From: Basidiobolus meristosporus CBS 931.73
Taxonomy: Eukaryota > Fungi > Basidiobolomycota
Assembly (NCBI GenBank): GCA_002104905.1
Contig: MCFE01000007.1
Location: forward strand, 203,060-267,059
Reading direction: 5' to 3'
Length of the DNA: 64,000 nucleotides
Under the pieces are notes generated by a model, which was not told the origin of the DNA, searched no databases, and worked only from the letters and a program-made list of their open reading frames with translations. The translations under genes and the position numbers were made by a program. The first letter of the stretch is position 1. The number at the start of each line of letters is the position of its first letter. This document shows positions 52,392 to 61,327 of the stretch, in pieces.

Positions 52392-54538
52392 GTCAGCTTG
52401 AGGCCATACATGCAACCATATAACTGAATATTGTATATAATCGCCACCAACATAGATTAGATGTATATATTTCATAACCCATGATAATCCTGGGCAATGT
52501 CTAAAATCAAATAAAACGTCTGCTTAACAATAAACCTCATTTAGTGTTCCCTTCCCGCATTGCGATACACTTGCCTGGGTATCAACAAACCATCCAGTAC
52601 ATCTTCGTACCTAAAGAATAGACTTGTCGTAACCAGCATATAACGGTGTCTAGAGACTATTTGATTCTATGAGATTTGACTATGCTCCTCCTGGAATATC
52701 GACCCCCCCCCACAAAAATAGGTCGGAATAAGCGTCACATTCATCCAAAATGGTAAGTTTTCTTTCGATGGGTTGATATGAAGTCATCAAACCATCATCC
52801 CAAGTGGTGGATTCTTAGATAATACAGCTGCTCTTCAACTGTACATAGCCGTTGTTGAATAGGCTTAAAATGACAAGATGGCACTGTCCCAACCTTCCGG
52901 ACGGTCATGGATGGTGCGTTGACATGTGGCTAGCTGTTCAACACATCGTGGAGCCGCAGTACGGTTCTATCTAATCCTCCATATTGGCCCTGGGACCACA
53001 CCCTAATTGCGAGGATACGGAATGGTTCTTGCGGATGGCCGCCACTGACGGTGTGTGAGGATCCAACCTGTAGCTCGGGCTCCTCAAAAAGCCATATCAT
53101 CATTGCAGATGGATCCAGAATTCTGCCAGCTGATAACCTTAGTATGTACCAAGGGTAGTGTTCTAAAAATAAGTCATCGGTTTGACGGTAATCTCATATT
53201 TGCGTTATATGTGCGAGACAGGCAATAATCCTCTCTTGGTGCATATAGTCTAGAATTCGGAGGCCCGGGCGCTTGATGTTCCTTTTGAGTCGTGTGGTGT
53301 TCCCAAGTGAAGGCACCGAATGTGCAACGATAGATCTTATAAGGCGGGTTTGGCAATAAGCCTGGCATGTTTTGGAAGGAGTATCTTGGTCAGTTATGGA
53401 TTATCAGTGTTTAATAGGGAATTGCCTGTTCCTAGATCGCTCAAGTCGATATAGCAATTTCTATTTACCAATTGCTGATTGTGCTGAATTCTTCCTATTG
53501 GCCTTCGTGGATCTTCAGCTTGTTACTCGGGACGTCTTTAGCATATCCCTCAGCAGCCAATCATGTCGAGGAGGCTTTTACTCTCGTGCATTGCTGCCAC
53601 CGCTTCCACAGGCTGCCACTCTGCAGATTGGAAATTCCTCCTGCCAAGGCCCCCAGCGTCGCTGACAGTCCAAAGAGAAGACGCCATACGTACGTACGAA
53701 GGCATCCATAAGCCGGAAGTCAGGGTGCTCCCCTGGCAGGATGAAAGTTCACACCAATAATTCCCAGAACTGCGAGTGGCCTTCGCACCTTCTGCTCGTA
53801 AACAGAGTCCTCGCGGACCTTGGCGATCTTGCGTCTGCCCACATCAATGGTTTGGCGTGCTGGATAATCATAATAAACGTAAGGCCATCCAACTCGATCA
53901 ACACAGAACCAAGAATGCAAGCAGATCCAATGCTAGCGCCAGGTTCCTTCGCCTCCCATTTAAGGAAATCGCTGGATAAGTATATCAACGAGGACCTTCG
54001 CTAGATAGTATCGGTGAATGCCTAAAGTGCCCTCTGGACCTGGAACTAGACCCGCATGATTGGCCAGTTCCACGAGATACGTTTATTCAATATGATCAGG
54101 AGAAGATCGGAGGAAATGCTCGAGGAGTGAACATTGCATGTATTAGCCCCACAATTCAGGGCACACGATCTGGTAGCTAGCCAAGAAATCCTCGTTTTAG
54201 GCGGAATCATGACAACCGAAGGCCATGGAAGGATCCAGGATTTCCACATTCAGCAGACCTGCAATTACCAACATGTGGAACGGTCACAACTTTGAGATAC
54301 AGATACTCTATCCTATCGAGTAAATATCACATCGGTGTGTGACATCAAGTCCCTTAGCTACACATGGATCCTTCGGCCATTTATTCTGAACAATTACGCG
54401 CACATAGGAAGGGAGATCATAAGCTTATATATTGGCGAGTCTCTTTCCATTCCAGGGATCCAGTTTGCCAACCGAGCTTTCCGGGGTGTAGGTTTTCACT
54501 ATTAAGCATTGCAGTGTTTAAGTGCTTTTGGTGGTAGA

Positions 54539-55330
54539 ATGCAGTCTGGGAGGTAGTCTACTATAACTGTTTACTTGGATTGTTCTACATACTTACCACA
54601 AACTTTATTCGAAACTCCTTCCTCTCCACGCTATGTTCATTCGGAATACTGCAGGCAATATACCCTGACCATAATCCAACAGCCTAGAATAGGATACGCC
54701 TTTTGCTCCAATGTGCAAGATCGCCTCCCACTCGAGCCTGCTTTAATGCTCCAAGTGGGTTTGTATGATGAGCACGGTAATGAGTGTCAGAGGTATGTAT
54801 TTTCTTGAATCTTTCTTACAGTAGTCTACACCGTGCACGACCCTGACTCTTGGGTTTGTCTTACGCTTCTTTCACCTGTCTAGTCGCCCAACGGATCTGA
54901 CTTTCTTGGTGGCTCACGTCAGTCTATGGTCCACTGATGGAGCGGAGGACGGAAATGACACTTTAAGCCACTGTTCTATAGACAAGTCTCACTTGCTGCT
55001 AGGAAACACCGTAAGCTCTGTGGAAAGCTCCGTTAGCAATGATCAGAACCACTTTTTATTTGACGATCTGTCGATCAAAGAACCTGGAGAGTATCGTCTA
55101 GCTATTGCATTGTTTGATATCAAAAGGTATGTAGAATGATCTGCACTTGATATTCCAATGCATTAACACCCCTACTCTTTTTCCAAACAGAAACATTCTC
55201 TTTGGCGAACAAGATACCCAGTGCACCTCAACAGTCTTCACGGACAGGTTTGAGGTGGTGCCAAAGACCCAAGAAGGACGTAGATATGTAACCCATTTGC
55301 CACATTGATTTATTCTTAGGACTCAAATGA
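54539..55330 (+). CDS. Minimal velvet-domain protein (spliced)
   Basis: Exons give YTLTIIQQPRIG...QDRLPLEPA.MLQV, LLGNTVSS, FLFDDLSIKEPGEYRL...LFDI and TDRFEV. Exact splice sites are inferred. Confidence 0.72.
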
Positions 55331-55772
55331 TAAAAATACGCTTCTTGTCTGGGGGAATAATAGAAACTAGTCCTAGAAGCTCTTGTAATTGCACTCATGT
55401 GATAGAGGTCATATACAACTCAGAAAATTTTGCTGCTTCTCATATTCTCCGATATGCCAAAATCCATCAGAATCCTAATTTGCCAATCATTAAGCCCTAG
55501 TAATAAAAATGGAGCAAATTTTGGTCACTGTGAGCCTTTCCGCCCCTAGTTGCATTGTAATCACTTGGGTGTGACTGTAAGTGGCTGCCATAAACAACAT
55601 TCTTGTGCTTCCTTTCCCTATTATCTACTTCCATCAGGTGATTGATGGTTTAATATACGAGGTTGCACTATTCCTAATGTTCAAGAATTGTATTTAGTGC
55701 AATGACTATGTAGCTTGCCATATATTGATGTATTATCAGATTTTGAAATCCTTGAAATTTCAATTTTGGGCA

Positions 55773-55870
55773 GGGGGGGGGAGACAGTCATCAACAGGTG
55801 AAGTCTTTATTTTAGTTGAAGCAAAGAAGCCAGCACTACTGCTCTAGCTTTGACACTATAGACTGTAGCT
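55773..55870 (-). mobile_element. About 100-bp diverged 3'-end remnant of the LINE seen at 61265-64000
   Basis: ggggagacagtcatcaacaggtgaagtctttattttagttgaagcaaagaagccagcactact... aligns to 61268-61365 and is followed by TTAGGG x2. Confidence 0.8.
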
Positions 55871-55887
55871 TAAGGTTAGGGTTAGGG

Positions 55888-57098
55888 GTCTAAATTCTAT
55901 TATTGAATCTGATAAAGTATATTAATACCACTTTGACTTGATTCAAGTTGAATAGTGCAAATTGTACAAAGAAACTATATCTATAGTAATGTAAAGGTCA
56001 AAATACTGTCAAAATTTAGGGGAGGGAAAGTCACCAAGTTGGTGAAATCTTTATTTGAGTTAAGAACTAATCTAAGTACAAATAAAGAAGCCAATTAAGA
56101 GGCCTATGTTGTAAAAATTTGTAATTCCACCTGAATATTCACCTAACTTAGTCACTTAGATCATTACCCTCAAATCCTAGAGAATACTGACCAAATTCCT
56201 TGTTGGGATTTACTTAGAATATTTTCACCAAAATACCAGGTACCCAGAATATGAAAATTCTCAAAGTTGTCCAAACTGTTGCAATATTCTGAGGAGTATT
56301 GGAAGTGATGTGGAGAACTAGAAGATTTACATGTTATTCACTTGTAGATTTATTGATCAAAAGTATGGTATTTATACTTTTGATAAAGTAGAGGAAACAA
56401 ACGTGTAGAGTTTGTTAAGGAAGGTCCCAAGAATATGTGTGCAAAGTTTGGGGTCTTTTGGACGACTTTGAGAAAAATAATAATCTGGGTACCTGACAAT
56501 TTGGTGAAAATATTCTAAGTAAATCCCGACAAGAAATCTAGTCAGGACAGAATGCTAATCACAGAATAAGATCTATGTGACTAAGTTAGCATGAATATTT
56601 AGGTGACAATTCAATAATTACAACACAAACAGCCCCAAACTTTGCACACATGTTCTTGGGACCTTCCTTAACCTATTCTACGTGTTTGAAATGCCAAGAC
56701 TAGGTAAAAGTATAAATACTACCTTTACATTTGATAAATCATTAAGTGAAAACCACATAATTTACTTGTTCTCCAAATCACTTCCAATATCTCCAAGACT
56801 CTTACAACAGTCTAGAACCTCTCTAATAAGTAATCTAACTTATGTTTTGTTTCATCTCTAATGTTTGTTTCAATAAAGTAAAGCTCATCAGGGGTAAATA
56901 TAAAACTCAAGGGTTTTAGGGGAAGTACAAATTGTAGATGTTTCTGATCAATATAATCTAAGACTGGAACATTAGGGTTAGGGTTAGGGGCCTTAATTCT
57001 TTTATTGAATCTGATCAAGTATAGTAATACTATTTCAACTTGATTCAAGTTGAAAAGTGCATATTGTACAAAGAAGATATATCTATAGTAATGTGAAG
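55888..57098. repeat. About 110-bp AT-rich direct repeat (55888-56000 and 56990-57098), each copy just after TTAGGG tracts
   Basis: aattct.ttattgaatctgat.aagtat...acttgattcaagttgaa.agtgca.attgtacaaagaa..tatatctatagtaatgt.aaggt in both copies. Confidence 0.85.
56107..56810. repeat. Interleaved inverted repeats in X-Y-X'-Y' order
   Basis: X about 56107-56275 is the reverse complement of X' about 56457-56625. Y about 56280-56453 is the reverse complement of Y' about 56633-56810, with a 39-nt block (56415-56453 vs 56633-56671) showing one mismatch. Confidence 0.88.
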
Positions 57099-57348
57099 GT
57101 AAGGGTTAGGGGATGATCATCACCAAAGGGTTAGGGTTAGGGTTCTAGTGCTTTATTGGGATAATGAGTATTGTAATGGAACATACATGCTAAAGGAGCC
57201 AATACTAGCTGATGTGAAGCCTGTGTAAGCAAGAGGTATAGCTGGGAGTGTTCAGAGTGTGAAAATTATGTCAAAGTGGTTTGAACATGAAAGGGCTAAG
57301 GTAATTTCATAGTAGCTGGTAATCATTTGTGTTAGTGGTACAGATATT

Positions 57349-58260
57349 TCAAGGCAGAAGCTCAGGTCTAATTGCAGCTATTATGCAATATAATCTTCTG
57401 ACCAAAGCTCTCTGAGTATGAAACTGGAAGAGTGCATCAGTATCCTTGAATTCAAAGCATCTTTCAGCATGAGTATAGTAGAAGGGCTGCTTGCAGATTG
57501 GGCACTTGGAGCCCAGACATATGGTATTCATCCTCCATCTTATAGCCTGGAGGGAATAGAAGGTGCTCTTCAGGTACAATGACACATCAGCACCACTATG
57601 TGTGTGTCTACTGTCTTTTCTGATAAGCCTAATTCTATCCCTTGATGTAGTAACTTGTGATATATTCTGAAGTCTCCTTTGATGCATCGCAACCCAAAGG
57701 GGAATCTGTCCACCAGGAGGTGCACTGCTGTTGGCTAGCACATATTGTTTGTAGCCAGCTGGGCAATGTACTCCTTTTTTGATTAAAGAGTTTGGAGTAG
57801 TGTCTATTCTTCTTCCTACTATGGCATCTACCAAAGCCCTCAATGGGTTGTCAGGGCTAGACTTTGCAAAGTGCTGGCCAAACCTGATACTTAAAGTCTC
57901 AAATCTCTGGGATACTGATTCAATGCCAGTCAAGCTTTGAATTAATCTATGGTACTGTTTAGTATGATACAGAGAAGAACTTACTACCCAGCCTAAGCTT
58001 TCCCTTTGTACTAGTTCAATTCTGTGCAAGATATCAGGGCTGAGAGTGAAGTGCATCATTGGGGCAGAGTACTCCCAGCAAGATCTTAGGAAGGATTTGA
58101 ATAATTGCAGTCTAACAAGGGGGGGCCATCTTGAACCTTTTGCCTGCAAAGTTTTCAGTAGTGCAAGAGCTTTTGATATACATTTGTCAACATAAAGTTG
58201 CCAATCAACACCAGTGCTACATACAGGTAGGCCTAGATAGCTGTAATAACTGGGAGCAGG
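57349..58260 (-). pseudogene. 5'-truncated ORF2 of a second LINE lineage (RT motif 7, thumb, C-terminal CCHC finger)
   Basis: YSYLGLP, LFKSFLRSCWEY, ELVQRESL, CPICKQPFYYTHAERC. Open frame, but it begins right at a TTAGGG/3'-motif junction. Confidence 0.8.
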
Positions 58261-58265
58261 AAGGG

Positions 58266-58660
58266 TTAGGGGGAGGAAAGTCACCAAGTGGTGAAATCTT
58301 TATTTACTTATGACAAGTATTTAAAGAAGCCAAGTTAATCTGAAGTAATTCCTAGAAAGCTAGGTCTGAGAGATATCTTCCTGGTAAGCCAGGTCTGAGA
58401 GTTGAGAAGCTGAGTGGTACTATATTTCCTAGTTAGCTAGGTCTGAGAGAGGTTTCCTGGAAAGCCAGGCCTGAGAAGTGAGAATCTGAGTATATCTGAG
58501 GTGAGTTGTACTGATTTGCGGTAGCTTGTTTGTGGCCAGAATGGCCAGTAGACTGGGGGAACTGAGGGGTATTTCTGGGCGATCACTGGCCAAATTTACT
58601 AGGCAAATTTGACCAATTAGCATTTCAAGGATTTCAGCCAATCAGAGCCTTTACTTTGCC
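58266..58660 (-). mobile_element. SINE-like unit, copy 1 (5'-truncated, no tRNA head)
   Basis: Closely similar to 59811-60205. Confidence 0.8.
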
Positions 58661-58794
58661 CGGTGGTAGGGGAGGGAAAGTCACCAAGGTAGGTGAAATC
58701 TTTATTTGATTTCAGACAAGTCTAACTACAAATAAAGAAGCCAGCTGGGAATAGAAGATTCCCAAAGTAAATACTAAGTTGAATATGAATAAAT

Positions 58795-59523
58795 CTAAGC
58801 TAAAGTTAAGGCAGTATCCCAGAGTACACTGGAGTTCAGGTTCATGGGGGAGTGAAGTAGATAAGCTTGAGAGATATAATAATCTTTGAGGAAGTGGGTA
58901 ACAGCAGGTGAAGGGGAGTTTTTGATAAGTGAAGTGAATCTTGAGAGCAGAGATTCCTCTAAGGAGAAGGTCTTGTAAACTGGAGAATCAGGAAACTCTT
59001 TAAAGGCATGGTCAGTAGGTTCCCAGTAAAGCTGGTCAGAGACATTTTGAGAGAACTCTTTAGCAATACTTTTGTCAAGTACTACCTCCAGAGTGTGATG
59101 GTTGATAAATCTCATGTTGACAATCTTGGATAAGTTGTAACCTTGTTGCTTGAGATACATCCTATGCTCAGATATAGGAATAAACTCCACATTGGCAAAG
59201 TAGCAGACAGCCCAGTCAGTAGCAGGAGGCAAATCAGAAGTGGCAGGAAACTTTCTTTTGGTCTTGGGAGGAGCAGCAGGATGTCTTGAGGGAGCAGGAA
59301 CAGACTTTTTGACAACTTCAGAGTAGGAAGAGTGAGCAGGAGCAGATGATTCTTGGGGAGTCTTGTTGGCAGGAAGGGTTGGCACAGGGACAATAGATTC
59401 TTGCAGATCAGAGAAGGCAGAAAAGAGCTTTTGAACTTGTTTCTTGAGTAGAGCATTTTCAGCTTCAACAAGAGCAGGCCTTTCCTCAAGGAAAGAAATC
59501 TGAAGGGAATGGAGTGAAGGCAT
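58795..59523 (-). CDS. LINE ORF1/gag-like protein in a unit with no RT
   Basis: ATG 59523 (MPSLHSLQ), 242 aa. Coiled coil (LVEAENALLKKQVQKL), SYSEVVKK, P-rich linker, RRM-like YFANV...ISE.R..L...G...SKIVNMRFI...LEVV. Bounded by the 3' motif at about 58670 and TTAGGG at 59796. Confidence 0.68.
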   Translation of the reverse strand: MPSLHSLQISFLEERPALVEAENALLKKQVQKLFSAFSDLQESIVPVPTLPANKTPQESSAPAHSSYSEVVKKSVPAPSRHPAAPPKTKRKFPATSDLPPATDWAVCYFANVEFIPISEHRMYLKQQGYNLSKIVNMRFINHHTLEVVLDKSIAKEFSQNVSDQLYWEPTDHAFKEFPDSPVYKTFSLEESLLSRFTSLIKNSPSPAVTHFLKDYYISQAYLLHSPMNLNSSVLWDTALTLA

Positions 59524-59563
59524 AAGAAATAAGAAGAAGAGGGTAAGATGGGGTGGGTGGGAG

Positions 59564-59790
59564 GGAAAATTAGCAGGGAGAAGAGAAGGAAGGAGCAAAA
59601 ATTCCAGAAGTCAGAATTTATAGATGGATGGACAAGGGTAGATGGATGGATTATTCCTGGGTTAGGAAAATTAGCAGGGAGAAGAGAAGGAAGGAGCAAA
59701 AATTCCAGAAGTCAGAATTTATAGATGGATGGACAAGGGTAGATGGATGGATTATTCCTGGGTTAGGAAAATTAGCAGGGAGAAGAGAAG
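59564..59790. repeat. 101-bp tandem repeat (2.25 copies) upstream of ORF1
   Basis: ggaaaattagcagggagaagagaagg... restarts at 59564, 59665 and 59766. Confidence 0.92.
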
Positions 59791-59810
59791 GGGATTTAGG
59801 GTTAGGGTTA

Positions 59811-60338
59811 GGGGGGGAGGAAAGTCACCAAGTGGTGAAATCTTTATTTACTTATGACAAGTATCTAAAGAAGCCAAGTTAATCTGAAGTTATTCCTAGA
59901 AAGCTAGGTCTGAGAGATATCTTCCTGGTAAGCCAGGTCTGAGAGTTGAGAAGCTGAGTGGTACTATATTTCCTAGTTAGCTAGGTCTGAGAGAGGTTTT
60001 CCTGGAAAGCCAGGCCTGAGAAGTGAGAATCTGAATATATCTGAGCTAAGTTATACTGGTTTGCGGTAGCTGAATTGTGGCCAGAATGGCCAGTAGACTG
60101 GGGGAGCTGAGATGAATTTCTGGGCGATCACTGGCCAAATTTACTAGGCAAATCTGGCCAATTAGCATTTCAAGGATTTCAGCCAATCAGAGCCTTTACT
60201 TTGCCCAATGGTTGATCAAGCCATCTCCCAATGAGCACACATCAATTTTATTAATCAAATTTTTGCTGGATCCAGGATTTGAACCCACAACCATGGGTAT
60301 GGAAGGGTTAGGGATAACCACAAGGCTAAGTGTTCTTG
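59811..60338 (-). mobile_element. tRNA-derived SINE-like unit, copy 2 (full length)
   Basis: A box and B box at canonical tRNA spacing, about 390-nt structured body, LINE-type 3' motif. Period 533 bp to the next copy. Confidence 0.78.
60275..60328 (-). promoter_or_regulatory. Pol III type-2 internal promoter (A box 60328-60318, B box 60285-60275)
   Basis: Minus strand TAGCCTTGTGG(TTA)...GGTTCAAATCC. Second copy at 60858-60848 and 60815-60805. Confidence 0.7.
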
Positions 60339-60342
60339 GGTT

Positions 60343-60868
60343 AGGGGGGGAGGAAAGTCACCAAGTGGTGAAATCTTTATTTACTTATGACAAGTATCTA
60401 AAGAAGCCAAGTTAATCTGAAGTTATTCCTAGAAAGCTAGGTCTGAGAGATATCTTCCTGGTAAGCCAGGTCTGAGAGTTGAGAAGCTGAATGGTACTAT
60501 ATTTCCTAGTTAGCTAGGTCTGAGAGTTGTTTCCTGGAAAGCCAGGCCTGAGAAGTGAGAATCAGAATATATCTGAGCTAAGTTATACTGGTTTGCGGTA
60601 GCTGAATTGTGGCCGGAATGGCCAGTAGACTGGGGGAACTGAGAGGAATTTCTGGGTGATCACTGGCCAAATTTACTAGGCAAATCTGGCCAATTAGCAT
60701 TTCAAGGATTTCAGCCAATCAGATCCTTTACTTTGCCTGATGGTTGATCAAGCCATCTCCCAATGAGCACACATCAATTTATTAATCAAATTTTGCTGGA
60801 TCCAGGATTTGAACCCACAACCATGGGTATGGAAGGGTTAGGGATAACCACAAGGCTAAGTGTTCTTG
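60343..60868 (-). mobile_element. tRNA-derived SINE-like unit, copy 3 (full length)
   Basis: Near-identical to copy 2, with a few substitutions. Confidence 0.78.
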
Positions 60869-60870
60869 GT

Positions 60871-61260
60871 TAGGGGGGGGGGAGGAAAGTCACCAAGTGG
60901 TGAAATCTTTACTTACTTATGACAAGTATCTAAAGAAGCCAAGTTAATCTGAAGTAATTCCTAGAAAGCTAGGTCCGAGAGATATCTTCCTGGTAAGCCA
61001 GGTCTGAGAGGTGAGAAGCTGAGTGGTACTATATTTCCTAGTTAGCTAGGTCTGAGAGAGGTTTCCTGGAAAGCCAGCCCTGAGAAGTGAGAATCTGAAT
61101 ATATCTGAGCTAAGTTATACTGGTTTGCAGTAGCTGAATTGTGGCCGGAATGGCCAGTAGACTGGGGGAACTGAGATGAATTTCTGGGCGATCACTGGCC
61201 AAATTTACTAGGCAAATCTGGCCAATTAGCATTTCAAGGATTTCAGCCAATCAGAGCCTT
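60871..61260 (-). mobile_element. SINE-like unit, copy 4 (5'-truncated, capped by agggttaggg)
   Basis: Matches copy 2 up to cagccaatcagagcctt, then telomeric repeat. Confidence 0.8.
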
Positions 61261-61327
61261 AGGGTTAGGGGGGAGACAGTCACCAACAGGTGAAATCTTT
61301 ATTTCAGTTGAAACAAAGAAGCCAGCG

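Larger units (their letters stand above)
55876..61270 (+). repeat. Short interstitial TTAGGG tracts at module junctions
   Basis: 55876-55887, 56972-56989, 57106-57111, 57131-57142, about 58266-58271, 59796-59813, about 60341-60346, about 60870, 61265-61270. Confidence 0.9.

Noticed and set aside
56100-56990. Telomerase RNA gene (CCCTAA tract followed by pseudoknot-order repeats)
   Set aside because: The tract is three full repeats at a truncation junction, and the paired segments are ~170 nt with no U-rich triple-helix strand, unlike known TER cores.
60260-60335. Functional tRNA-Trp gene (also 60790-60865)
   Set aside because: Only the T-arm partly pairs. Acceptor, D and anticodon stems do not pair, so it is treated as a tRNA-derived promoter head.
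58266-61260. CRISPR-like array
   Set aside because: The repeats are ~530-bp near-identical units without unique spacers, in a eukaryotic context with no cas genes.
55773-61325. Hammerhead or HDV-like ribozyme in the 3' motif or the CTGAGAG hairpins
   Set aside because: No CUGANGA...GAAA core in the right geometry and no nested double pseudoknot found by eye on either strand. An RNAmotif or Infernal search would settle it.
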